A stretch of 64,000 nucleotides of DNA from Nitrospirota bacterium (lineage in GTDB: Bacteria; Nitrospirota; Nitrospiria; 2-01-FULL-66-17). Shown one piece after another: positions 1-8,759 of this stretch. Made by a program: the position numbers and the translations under genes. The notes under the pieces are model-generated. The model worked only from the letters and a program-made list of their open reading frames with translations, was not told where the DNA came from and did no database searches. Position 1 is the first letter of the stretch. Each line of letters begins with the position of its first letter. The stretch spans positions 532,193 through 596,192 of the forward strand of contig JBMOMC010000001.1 in NCBI GenBank assembly GCA_049325335.1, read 5' to 3'.

Positions 1-1065
1 CCGCTCGCCCGGTTGGGGTGCCAGCGCCGACCCCACGAGTTGCGCCGCCTCGTCCTGCACGTAATACCAGCCCTGGCTGAATGCGCGCGAGGCCGCGGGT
101 GAGCCGCTCGCCAGAACCAGGCCCTGCGGCGAGACGGCGCACGGTTCTGCGGTCAACCCTTCCTTGGCCAACACGTCGATCAACCGCTCGCGCGTAATCC
201 GAAGCGTGTTCACGCGTAGCGTGGTCGGAGGAATCACATTGTTCGCCCGGCACAAGGCCAATGTGCGCTGCAACCCGAACCGCTTGAGCCAGCGCCGGAC
301 CAACCACACCGGGTGCGAAAACTCTGCGGTGAGATGGTCCACCGGCCGATCCAACAGGCTGGGCACCTTCAACTCGTCTTTGCGCCGCTCCAGCGCGCGC
401 AACACCGCGTTGGTAAACCCCACATCGACCTCTTGCGCCATTACCTTGGCGAGCGCCACGGTTTCATGCACCGCGGCGTGCGGGGGAATCCGATCCAAGA
501 ACAGGAGTTGGTACGCGCCCAGACGCAGGATGGTCTGGACCGCGGGCGTCATCATGCCCCACCGGCGTGTCGAACACGCGGCCAAGCGCCAGTCCAAGGC
601 TGATCGGTGGCGCAACACGCCATAGAATAACTCATGAATCAACCCCCGATCTTCCGGGGACAATGTCGGCGGCAGCTCCGCCAGCAACGCGGGCGCGAAC
701 GCCTCGCTTGTTTCCGCGCGCAGCAACAGTTCAGCAGCCCACCGCCGCGCCGGCCACCGGCCGCGGTCCGCAATAGAGGCCAACGGGGGCACGCGTGAGA
801 TTCGCTCGCGGCGCGAGTCGGCAGGGTCTCGCTTCGTGGCGTCCGGACGCGCCGACTCGCGCGTCGGCCGGCGTGTCGAGCTCCCTGGTTCACGGGCCGG
901 CTTTCCGGTCTGACGAGTCGCGGTACGCGGACGCTCGGAAGACCGCGATGAAGCGCCCGACCGCCGCGGCTGACTCGGCGGTCGGGACGCGGTCGGCTTC
1001 ACCGACGAGGGTCGGGACGGCGCGGGTGCCGGGGGTGACGGCGCCGCGGCCTTCTTTTTGATCAA
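1..1065 (-). CDS. rsmB: 16S rRNA m5C967 methyltransferase RsmB (runs off the left edge; start uncertain, 1065 TTG or ~792 GTG)
   Basis: Manual translation gives EDRGLIHELFYGVLRH, ILRLGAYQLLFLDRIPPHAAVHETV, FSHPVWLVRRW and YVQDEAAQLV; lies downstream of fmt. Confidence 0.9.
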   Translation of the reverse strand, partial: MIKKKAAAPSPPAPAPSRPSSVKPTASRPPSQPRRSGASSRSSERPRTATRQTGKPAREPGSSTRRPTRESARPDATKRDPADSRRERISRVPPLASIADRGRWPARRWAAELLLRAETSEAFAPALLAELPPTLSPEDRGLIHELFYGVLRHRSALDWRLAACSTRRWGMMTPAVQTILRLGAYQLLFLDRIPPHAAVHETVALAKVMAQEVDVGFTNAVLRALERRKDELKVPSLLDRPVDHLTAEFSHPVWLVRRWLKRFGLQRTLALCRANNVIPPTTLRVNTLRITRERLIDVLAKEGLTAEPCAVSPQGLVLASGSPAASRAFSQGWYYVQDEAAQLVGSALAPQPGER

Positions 1066-1069
1066 CCGG

Positions 1070-1993
1070 CTAGCCAAGCTGTACTCCCGTCGTGATCGCG
1101 TGACCGGTCAGATAGTCGCGAATTACCAGGCGCCGTTTGCCGGGAGTCTGGAGCTCGGTGATCACCAGGTGACCGTCGCGGGTCCCGACCGCGATACCCG
1201 CAGCGTCGGCTCGCAACACCATGCCGGGCTCCCCAGTCCCGGATTCGACCGTGGCGTTCCAGATCCTCCACGGCTCCCCGGCGTGCGTCGTCCACGCGCC
1301 GGGCCAAGGGTCCATGCCGCGCACGAGCGCGTGGATCGCGGCCGCAGGTTGCCGCCAATCGATCCGGCCGTCGTCTTTCTTGAGCATGGGCGCCAGCGTG
1401 GCCCGCGAGGAATCTTGAACCGTGGGCGACAACCGGCCGGCCGCAAGCAGATCCAATGTCTCGTTCAGCGTTCGCGCGCCCAACGCCGCAAGGCGAGCAC
1501 CCAGGGTGGCCGTTGTATCTTCCGGGCGAATCGCCATCGCCCGCTGCAACAACATGGGCCCCGTGTCCATGCCCGGGTCCATCTGCATGGTGGTGATCCC
1601 GGTCTCGGTTTCGCCCCGGATAATCGCCCACGCAATGGGCGCAGCCCCTCGGTACTTGGGCAGCAACGAGGCATGGACGTTGATGCACCCCAGACGCGGG
1701 ATATCCAACAACGTCTTGGGAAGGATCTGCCCGAACGCCACCACCACGATCAGGTCCGGCGCCGCGGTTCGGCACCATTCCAGAAACTCGGGCTGTCGAA
1801 CCTTGGCCGGCTGCTGCACCGGAACGCCTGCCGCCAGTGCCGCGACTTTCACGGGCGGCGCGCTCACTCGCTGCCCGCGGCCCTGCGGGCGATCCGGCTG
1901 CGTGACCACGGCCACAAGCTGCTCGCCTCGTGCCCGCAGCGCCTCCAGAGAAGGGAGGGCGAACTCGGGCGTGCCCATGAAGATCACACGCAT
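1070..1993 (-). CDS. fmt: Methionyl-tRNA formyltransferase
   Basis: MRVIFMGTPEFA, INVHASLLPKYRGAAPI, MDTGPM. Confidence 0.97.
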   Translation of the reverse strand: MRVIFMGTPEFALPSLEALRARGEQLVAVVTQPDRPQGRGQRVSAPPVKVAALAAGVPVQQPAKVRQPEFLEWCRTAAPDLIVVVAFGQILPKTLLDIPRLGCINVHASLLPKYRGAAPIAWAIIRGETETGITTMQMDPGMDTGPMLLQRAMAIRPEDTTATLGARLAALGARTLNETLDLLAAGRLSPTVQDSSRATLAPMLKKDDGRIDWRQPAAAIHALVRGMDPWPGAWTTHAGEPWRIWNATVESGTGEPGMVLRADAAGIAVGTRDGHLVITELQTPGKRRLVIRDYLTGHAITTGVQLG

Positions 1994-2008
1994 GGAGAAA
2001 TGGAGCGG

Positions 2009-2521
2009 TTACCCGCCTTCGGCGCGAAGACGTTTCTTGAACTTGCGTTGAATCAGGTCGCGTTTCAACGGGCTGAGGTGGTCGAACATCAGCACCCCGT
2101 TGAGGTGATCGAGCTCGTGCTGGAACAGCCGCGCCTCCAGGCCCTTAGCTTCGAGTTCGACCTCCTTGCCGTCGCGATCAAACCCCTTGAGCATGACGCG
2201 CGCCGCGCGGCTGACGACTTCACGGTAATCCGGAATCGAGAGACAGCCTTCTTCTTCTTGGATCTCCCCCTCCTGTTCCACGATGGTGGGGTTGATGATG
2301 ATGCGTTTGTCCTGTTCGCCCTCGCGAATCCCCATGTCATACACGAACAATCGGATCGGTTCCCCGATCTGCGGCGCGGCCAAACCCAGACCGGGCACCG
2401 CGTACAGCGTCTCGAACATGTTCTCGATCAGCGCCTGCAGCTTGCCGTCCACGTTCGTGATCGGCTCAGCCGTACGCTTGAGCACCTCTTCCGGATATTC
2501 GCGAATACGTAAGATGGACAT
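2009..2521 (-). CDS. def: Peptide deformylase
   Basis: GLGLAAPQIG, EGCLSIP and QHELDHL motifs; start MSILRIREYP. Confidence 0.97.
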   Translation of the reverse strand: MSILRIREYPEEVLKRTAEPITNVDGKLQALIENMFETLYAVPGLGLAAPQIGEPIRLFVYDMGIREGEQDKRIIINPTIVEQEGEIQEEEGCLSIPDYREVVSRAARVMLKGFDRDGKEVELEAKGLEARLFQHELDHLNGVLMFDHLSPLKRDLIQRKFKKRLRAEGG

Positions 2522-2630
2522 TTCCGGTATGATGCCACGCCGAGGCCCCGAAATCAAGACGAGTTCGGCGCTGATTAGCCCGAATCGGGATGATCCAACG
2601 CGACGCATTGTCCCGCGCGCGGAGCGCGGC

Positions 2631-2660
2631 TTGACGGAGGCTTCTGCGGTTTGTTACGAT
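2631..2660 (+). promoter_or_regulatory. Sigma-70 promoter of tRNA-fMet
   Basis: TTGACG-18 nt-TACGAT with a TG extension, ending 6 nt before the tRNA. Confidence 0.6.
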
Positions 2661-2666
2661 GCCGTC

Positions 2667-2740
2667 CGCGGGGTGGAGCAGCTTGGCAGCTCGTCGGGCT
2701 CATAACCCGAAGGTCGTCGGTTCAAATCCGGCCCCCGCAA
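2667..2740 (+). tRNA. Initiator tRNA-fMet (CAT); CCA not encoded in this copy
   Basis: CGCGGGGTGGAGCAG...GGGCTCATAACCC...GGTTCAAATCCGGCCCCCGCAA; C1:A72 mismatch and three G-C pairs in the anticodon stem. Confidence 0.97.
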
Positions 2741-2741
2741 C
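2698..2741 (+). repeat. attL core (44 bp)
   Basis: gctcataacccgaaggtcgtcggttcaaatccggcccccgcaac, identical at 29015-29058. Confidence 0.95.
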
Positions 2742-3840
2742 TTTGAAAATCAACGGGTTGGCTCTTCGGGGTCAGCCCTTTTTTATTGCGCTGTGCTGAA
2801 AGTGTGCTGACGGACATCGTGCCCACCCGATCCAGCGCCTCGATCCCCGGCCGCAAGCTCTCCGGATAATGATGCGCATACCGCATCACCATCTGAATCG
2901 TTTTCCAGCGACCCAGCTTCTGCACCGTGTACACGTCCACGCCGGCCTGAACCAGCCGGGTGGCAAACGTGTGCCGAAGATCGTGGAAACGGAAGTTGGT
3001 GATGCCCGCCTCGTCCCGTGCGATGTAAAACGCACGGAGGAGATTTCTCGCGTCTCGGCGCTTGCCTTCGTTGTTCGCAAACACGAAATCAGACGCGAGG
3101 CTTCTCACCTTGGCGCGCGCTGTTAAGACCTCCAGCGCCCGGGCATTCACCGGCAGCGTGTCCACACACTTGTTCTTTTGCTTGAGCAACGTGATCGTTC
3201 GTCGGAACATATCGACCTGCGGCCATTCGAGATTCAAGATCTCGCTTTGCCGAAGGCCCGTGTTGATCGCAAACAGGATGATCTCTTGGAGCCAGTCGGG
3301 CGACGCATCAAGAAGCGCTTTCTCTTCCTGCAGGGTCAGCCACCGCTCGATGTGATTGTCGACCCGCTCTCGCGAGACCCCAATGACCGGATTCTTGTCC
3401 GTCCACTCCCATTCCGCCACCGCGCGCTTAAACGCGTGGGACAGCAGCGCCAGTTCGCTATTGACAGTCTTCGGTGCGGCTTGCTCTGCCCGGCGTTGGC
3501 TTTTGTACTCGGCAATGAGCTTGGGCGTAATGTCGTGGAGCAGTCGCTCGTCGCCAAAGAACTTGAGCAAATGATCGCTTAAGCTCTGGTCGCGCACATA
3601 CGAAGTGTGCGTCTTGTTGCGTTTGGAGTGTTCCGCCAAGTAGCGCTCGATCATCTGCTTGAGTGTTCTGTTCTGATCCGGTCTGCGATCAAACCATTTC
3701 CCTTCGGCCACTTCCGTTTGGATCTTGCAGGCGATCCGTTCCGCGAGTTTCTTGTCGGTGACTTGAAGCGATCGCCTGATTTGTCTTCCCTGAAACTGCA
3801 GGGTCACACAGTACGTTCGGCCACGCCGAAAAAGTTTCAT
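2722..3840 (-). CDS. Tyrosine integrase
   Basis: TGLRQSE, FHDLRHTFATRL and RYAH catalytic motifs; adjacent to attL. Confidence 0.95.
   Translation of the reverse strand: MKLFRRGRTYCVTLQFQGRQIRRSLQVTDKKLAERIACKIQTEVAEGKWFDRRPDQNRTLKQMIERYLAEHSKRNKTHTSYVRDQSLSDHLLKFFGDERLLHDITPKLIAEYKSQRRAEQAAPKTVNSELALLSHAFKRAVAEWEWTDKNPVIGVSRERVDNHIERWLTLQEEKALLDASPDWLQEIILFAINTGLRQSEILNLEWPQVDMFRRTITLLKQKNKCVDTLPVNARALEVLTARAKVRSLASDFVFANNEGKRRDARNLLRAFYIARDEAGITNFRFHDLRHTFATRLVQAGVDVYTVQKLGRWKTIQMVMRYAHHYPESLRPGIEALDRVGTMSVSTLSAQRNKKGLTPKSQPVDFQSCGGRI
2755..2784 (+). terminator. Intrinsic terminator for the tRNA, inside the integrase CDS
   Basis: gggttggctc-ttcg-gggtcagccc followed by tttttt. Confidence 0.75.
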
Positions 3841-4160
3841 CGCCCCTCCTTTCTGTGGGCGTGGCCTGGTTTCCCGATGGGGCGATTATATGCTCTTTTC
3901 ACGTCTCCGATCGAGCGGGTGATGACGTGATCCAGGGAAGCCGGGGGCCGAGCAATTTCTTTGACCACCGATCGGGCTTGAGCAGCAATCGTGATCGGAT
4001 CATGGTGCTGGCCGGCCAGCCAGGCGTCGATTTCCGCCTTCCGAAACCGCACCAGGCGATTGATCTTGTAGTGCGGGATTTCTGGGATGTGGGCGTAAAG
4101 GGTTGAGCGCTTGATGCCCAGATACGCTGACAGCTCCTTGATGTCCCACAACTCAGCCAT
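3837..4160 (-). CDS. Excisionase / HTH_17-like recombination directionality factor
   Basis: WDIKELSAYLGIKRSTLY...IPHYKINRLVRFRKAEIDAWL; overlaps the integrase start. Confidence 0.85.
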   Translation of the reverse strand: MAELWDIKELSAYLGIKRSTLYAHIPEIPHYKINRLVRFRKAEIDAWLAGQHHDPITIAAQARSVVKEIARPPASLDHVITRSIGDVKRAYNRPIGKPGHAHRKEGR

Positions 4161-4260
4161 GATTCTCAGCCATGATTCAGTTCGTCCTCTGATCGGCCCC
4201 CGCCGGGAGCTGATCCCGTGGTGCCGGTTTCACGGATCGTATTCCCGCCGTGGTGCCCCT

Positions 4261-4345
4261 TTCATGAAACTTTTCATGAAACTTTCTGTCCGATCGGGCT
4301 TTTGGGACCCGATTTCATGAAAATTTTCATGAACATGTTCATGAA
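4261..4345. repeat. Five palindromic TTCATGAA repeats, 12-bp period, in clusters of 2 and 3
   Basis: Copies at 4261, 4273, 4314, 4326 and 4338. Confidence 0.9.
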
Positions 4346-4893
4346 GCCCTCCACGGGCAGCTCGCGATCGAGGCCTGCGCGAGGTCTTTCACCCGCTCCA
4401 TGAGCGCCTCAGGCGCGTTGTGGTACCGCACGTACTCCTCGAGGCCGACCGCCTCCCCGGCCCGCAGGCGCTGCCGGATCTCCAGATAGGTGAAATACAT
4501 GGCGGCGAATTCACGCCTGGCCTCGTCCGCCAGCTCACGGAGCTCGTCGTGGCGGAGCCGTTCTGACCGGGAAAACCACTCCCGCCAGCGTTTCCAGGCT
4601 GCGGATGACACACTGGCCGCCGTCCGGGGCTTCAAGTTGAACCGCGCTCCGATTCGTGTCTTGCCGTAGTTCCCCGAGAACAGCTTCCGGGGTGAGCCCT
4701 CGGAGAAGAACGTCACGCCCCGGCGCTCGTAGTCCGCTTCGACCTCAGCGAGCAGTTTGGGAAGATGGATGGTGACGAGATTCCTCGACTGCTCCGGTGC
4801 GTCCGGAAGTTTCGGAACGTACACCCGGCGCCCAGCCAGGCCGTGCTTGACCATGACGTCAATGATCTCTTGCGGCAGCCTCGATTTCCTCAT
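4339..4893 (-). CDS. Hypothetical protein (184 aa), possibly DNA-binding
   Basis: ATG at 4893 (MRKSRLPQEIIDVM) after a G-rich RBS-like stretch; helical, basic; co-oriented with xis and int. Confidence 0.6.
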   Translation of the reverse strand: MRKSRLPQEIIDVMVKHGLAGRRVYVPKLPDAPEQSRNLVTIHLPKLLAEVEADYERRGVTFFSEGSPRKLFSGNYGKTRIGARFNLKPRTAASVSSAAWKRWREWFSRSERLRHDELRELADEARREFAAMYFTYLEIRQRLRAGEAVGLEEYVRYHNAPEALMERVKDLAQASIASCPWRAS

Positions 4894-5383
4894 AGTCTTC
4901 GCCCCCCCGTGCACGGATTCCGACCCACGCTTCCCCCTGAACCATAAGTGCAAGGCCCCCCTCCCACCCGGAGGTTCCCTCGTGCAATCCGTTGTGGCCC
5001 AATCAATCGACCTGGACTCGGGCGTTTTGGCTGCCCCGAGCGTAACAGGGCGTCGCACGAGCCTCCCATCGTTTTCCTGCCAAGTTCGGTCAATTTCTGG
5101 CGGGATTTTGGTGCGCGCCCGCGCCCATCGTCTGCTATAATTTCTGCCTTTTTCCCCTCGTCCGAGAAACCCAACCCCGAAAAATGAATTGGCCCCTGCG
5201 GGGTGGAGTGAGCCCGGCCCCCTCCATCCCTCCCCGGACAGGGAAGCCATCCGTCAGGCCTCCGCCAGTCTGGGACGTAGCCGACGACCGTCGTCCGGCT
5301 CCCCAACCCGAAAAACGACCTCCTGATTCGGCGTGATCGGGGCACGGCCCCGAACTCGTTGATCCCAGGCTAAGGAGGTTGCG

Positions 5384-5893
5384 ATGGACGACACTCCAAA
5401 CGGTAGGGCCGGACCTGCGTGCGGGCGTGACCCGTCGCGGAAGGCGATCGCGGTGGTCCGCATCCAGATGGTCCGGGAGGGGCGATTTCCCTACGGGTCC
5501 ACGGCCATCAGCCAGTCCTCGGACGCGGCGAAGCTCGTCCAGACCTATCTCGCCGGCGCGGACCGCGAGTACTTCGTGCTCCTGCTGCTCGACGGCAAGC
5601 ATCGGGTCAACGCCATCAACGTGGTCGCGATCGGCTCGTTGACCGCGGCGCTCGTCCATGCCCGGGAGGTCTTCAAACCCGCGGTGCTGGCCAACGCCGC
5701 GGCCGTCATCCTCGCGCACAACCACCCGTCAGGCGATCCCGAGCCCAGTCGGGAGGATCGGGAGCTGACCGAGCGATTGGTCAAGGCCGGTCGGCTCCTG
5801 GGTATCACCGTGCTCGACCACGTGATCGTGGGCGAGGAGGGGTTCTTCAGCTTCGCCGATCACCACCTGATTCCCAATGGAGGGTCCCTATGA
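5384..5893 (+). CDS. radC: RadC-like JAB-domain protein
   Basis: DREYF, VHAREVFKPA, HNHPSGDPEPSRED, LDHVIV; RBS AAGGAGG. Confidence 0.92.
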   Translation: MDDTPNGRAGPACGRDPSRKAIAVVRIQMVREGRFPYGSTAISQSSDAAKLVQTYLAGADREYFVLLLLDGKHRVNAINVVAIGSLTAALVHAREVFKPAVLANAAAVILAHNHPSGDPEPSREDRELTERLVKAGRLLGITVLDHVIVGEEGFFSFADHHLIPNGGSL

Positions 5894-7941
5894 TCGCCAA
5901 GACTACGCCGGTCACACTGCCCTGGCTGGAAGCGTTTACCGTTCCAGCGGAGCCGATTCCCGCAGAACCCCTCCTGGTCGGCCTCAATGCCGAGCAGCGC
6001 GAGGTGGCGATGCACGGAGAAGGGCCGCTGCTGGTGCTGGCGGTGGCGGGGTCGGGCAAGACCATGGCCATGGCGCATCGGGTCGCCTATCTGGTCTCGG
6101 CGCGGAACATCCCGCCTGCGCAGATCCTGTGCCTGACCTTTACCAACAAGGCGGCCTGCGAAATGCGCGAGCGGATCGCCCGCGTGGCGCATCGGCCGAT
6201 GCAGGACGTGACCGTTGCGACATTCCATGGGTTCTGCGCTCGCCTCGTGCGCAGCCACCACGACCTGATTCCCCGAAGCGATCGCTTCCGCATCTACGAC
6301 GGGGACGACAGTCGCCGGCTGGTCAAGGCCGTGGCTGAGGAGCTCGACGCGCCCGGAATGTGGGAGTCGCTGCGAGCAGACATCGACCGACTCAAGCACT
6401 TGGGCATTGCCCCCGGCCATGAGCTCGCTGCGTCTGCGGCTTCGGTCCCACCCACCGCCTACTACCTCGCCCTGCTGGACGAAGCCTACCGCAGGTACGA
6501 GCGGCGTCTGGAACGAGACGACGCGGTCGATTTCCCCGACCTGCTACTCAAGGCCCTGCGGCTGCTGGAGACCTACCCTCCAGTGGCGGATCGGGTACGG
6601 CGTCGTTATCGCCACATCCTGGTCGACGAGTACCAGGACACCTGTCCCCTGCAGGAACGTGTGCTCCAGTTCCTCGCGGCTCCGGCCTACAACGTGTGCG
6701 CGGTCGGGGACGACGACCAAGCGATCTATGCGTTTCGGCACGCGGACGCAGCCGGCATCCTCAACTTCGAGGCGCGCTTCCCTGGGGCGACGGTGATTCG
6801 GATGGAAACAAATTACCGCTCCAGCGGGAGGATCGTCGCGGTCGCTCGTCGGATCATCAGCACCAACCGTCATCGCACGCTCAAAGCCATCACCACCTCC
6901 AACGCCACTGGCGAGCCTGTGGAGGTGGTCGCGTGCCGGTCCGCCGAGCACGAGGCGGGCTGGATCGCCGACACCATTGCGCAGCTCGCGCGTGACGGCG
7001 CTGGGTTCGGGGAGATCGCCATTCTGGGCCGCGTGGCCTCGCTCTTCCGTCCGGTGGAGCAGGCGCTGGCCGACGCCCAGATCCCCTACAGCCTGGTCGA
7101 TGGGCTGGCGTTCTGGGAACGGCGCGAAATCAAAGACGCGATGGCCTTCCTCCGGTTCATCGACGATCCCAGCGACGCGGTCAGCTTCAAACGGATCGCC
7201 AACCTCCCTCCGCGTGGGGTGGGGAAACGGGTGATGGCGCGGATCGATCACGCCATCGCGGCCCACCGTGGCAAGCCGGTGATGGAGAACCTCCTTGGGG
7301 TTGACGGGATCCCGCGCCGGCTCCGCGCCTTCCTCAACATGATGGACGCGCTCCGAGCCACATCTTTTCCGGTGAGCCGCATGCTGGAGACCGTCCTGGA
7401 GCGCGTCGGCTACGAGGAGCACGTGACCAAGACCTACTCCGACTCGGCCAGACGGTTGGCCAACCTGACCCAGCTCGTCGACATCGCGCGGCGCTTTGAC
7501 CGGGACGTGGGCGGCGACCTGGGGGCTTTTCTCACCCACGTCGCCGGCAACGACCACGAGGCGGCTGGCAATCAGACGAAGACCGTGCGGCTCATGACGA
7601 TCCACGCGGCCAAGGGCCTCGAGTTCCGGATCGTTTTTGTCGTCGGCTTGGAGGACGGCGTGCTGCCCCACGCGCGCGACCGCGACAACCTCGAGGAAGA
7701 GCGGCGGCTCTTCTACGTGGCCGCGACCCGGGCGCGAGAGCGGCTCTTTCTCTCGTGGTCGGCCCAGCGGGTGGTTCAGGGGCGAGAAATGAGTCATCGG
7801 CTGTCGCCCTTTGTGCGCGAGATCCTGCCACAAAGGGCCGGAGCGTGGGGCGGTGAGCGTTCCGACGCGGCTGCGGATCCCGTGGTGATCTGTCACCAGC
7901 CCCGTCTCCAGAGGCAACGGGAGACGGTAGCAAACGGTTAA
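5890..7941 (+). CDS. UvrD/PcrA-family SF1 helicase
   Basis: AVAGSGKT, TFTNKAA, VDEYQD, NYRS, MTIHAAKGLEF, EERRLFYVAATRA. Confidence 0.95.
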   Translation: MIAKTTPVTLPWLEAFTVPAEPIPAEPLLVGLNAEQREVAMHGEGPLLVLAVAGSGKTMAMAHRVAYLVSARNIPPAQILCLTFTNKAACEMRERIARVAHRPMQDVTVATFHGFCARLVRSHHDLIPRSDRFRIYDGDDSRRLVKAVAEELDAPGMWESLRADIDRLKHLGIAPGHELAASAASVPPTAYYLALLDEAYRRYERRLERDDAVDFPDLLLKALRLLETYPPVADRVRRRYRHILVDEYQDTCPLQERVLQFLAAPAYNVCAVGDDDQAIYAFRHADAAGILNFEARFPGATVIRMETNYRSSGRIVAVARRIISTNRHRTLKAITTSNATGEPVEVVACRSAEHEAGWIADTIAQLARDGAGFGEIAILGRVASLFRPVEQALADAQIPYSLVDGLAFWERREIKDAMAFLRFIDDPSDAVSFKRIANLPPRGVGKRVMARIDHAIAAHRGKPVMENLLGVDGIPRRLRAFLNMMDALRATSFPVSRMLETVLERVGYEEHVTKTYSDSARRLANLTQLVDIARRFDRDVGGDLGAFLTHVAGNDHEAAGNQTKTVRLMTIHAAKGLEFRIVFVVGLEDGVLPHARDRDNLEEERRLFYVAATRARERLFLSWSAQRVVQGREMSHRLSPFVREILPQRAGAWGGERSDAAADPVVICHQPRLQRQRETVANG

Positions 7942-7954
7942 GGAGGGAGGTCAA

Positions 7955-8746
7955 ATGACGCTGTCGCACAGCAGAGTGACGCGATACGACTTCTGCCCGC
8001 GGGCATACCGCTACTACTACCTCGAGGGATGGCGACCCGTGACGAAGAAGCCGGCGCTGCTCTTTGGCGACGCGATCGATCGCGGCCTCACCGCCCTGTT
8101 TCAACGCGGCGCCGACCCGGTGGCGGTCTTTGAGGCCGGGTGGCAGGCGCTCAAGGATGCAGACGTGGAGTGGGGCAAGCGGCACACGTGGGACGCCCTG
8201 TTGGAGATCGGGAAAGGCGCGTTGGTGCGCTTTGTGGCGGAGGAACTGCCCCGATTCTCGAACGTCGCCCCTGAGCACGTGCAGCGAAGTCTCTCCGCCG
8301 AAGTCGATGGCGTGGGCTTTGTCGGGTATCCGGATCTGTATGGCGAGGTCGATGGACTCCGCACGCTGGTGGATTTCAAGACCGCGCAGTCAGCCTACGA
8401 TGCCGAAGAAGTCCAGCTCAACGAGCAGTTGACCGCGTACTGGTGGCTCTTGGAGGCCAATGGCATCCCAGTGGATCGCGTGGCGTTCTGCGTCCTGCTC
8501 AAGCTCAAGGAACCGAAGATCGAATGGTCCTTCGCGACCAGAACGCCCCAGGACATCGCGGAGTATCGCGAGAAGCTGGCCCTTGTGGCCGGCGACATCG
8601 CCAGCAGCCGCTTTCCGAAGAAGACGTCGTCGTGCGGGTTGTGGAGTGGGTGCGACTACCGGCCGTTGTGTCTCGGGAACGAGACCGCCATTCGCACTCA
8701 CCTGGTACTGACCGAGGAGATGTCGGACGAAGAGATCGTCGTGTAG
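7955..8746 (+). CDS. PD-(D/E)XK RecB/AddB/Cas4-like nuclease with a probable Fe-S staple
   Basis: N-terminal YDFCPR; GYPD...LVDFKT; QLTAY; C-terminal CGLWSGCDYRPLC. Confidence 0.85.
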   Translation: MTLSHSRVTRYDFCPRAYRYYYLEGWRPVTKKPALLFGDAIDRGLTALFQRGADPVAVFEAGWQALKDADVEWGKRHTWDALLEIGKGALVRFVAEELPRFSNVAPEHVQRSLSAEVDGVGFVGYPDLYGEVDGLRTLVDFKTAQSAYDAEEVQLNEQLTAYWWLLEANGIPVDRVAFCVLLKLKEPKIEWSFATRTPQDIAEYREKLALVAGDIASSRFPKKTSSCGLWSGCDYRPLCLGNETAIRTHLVLTEEMSDEEIVV

Positions 8747-8759
8747 AAGGGAGGACACC

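Noticed and set aside
4261..4345. TTCATGAA array as a mini-CRISPR
   Set aside because: 8-bp repeats with 4-bp gaps and no spacers
4894..5250. Upstream extension of ORF 4339-5250
   Set aside because: Spans a promoter and hairpin region; ATG 4893 fits better
7955..8746. Cas4-like gene as evidence for CRISPR
   Set aside because: No repeat-spacer array or other cas genes are visible in the window
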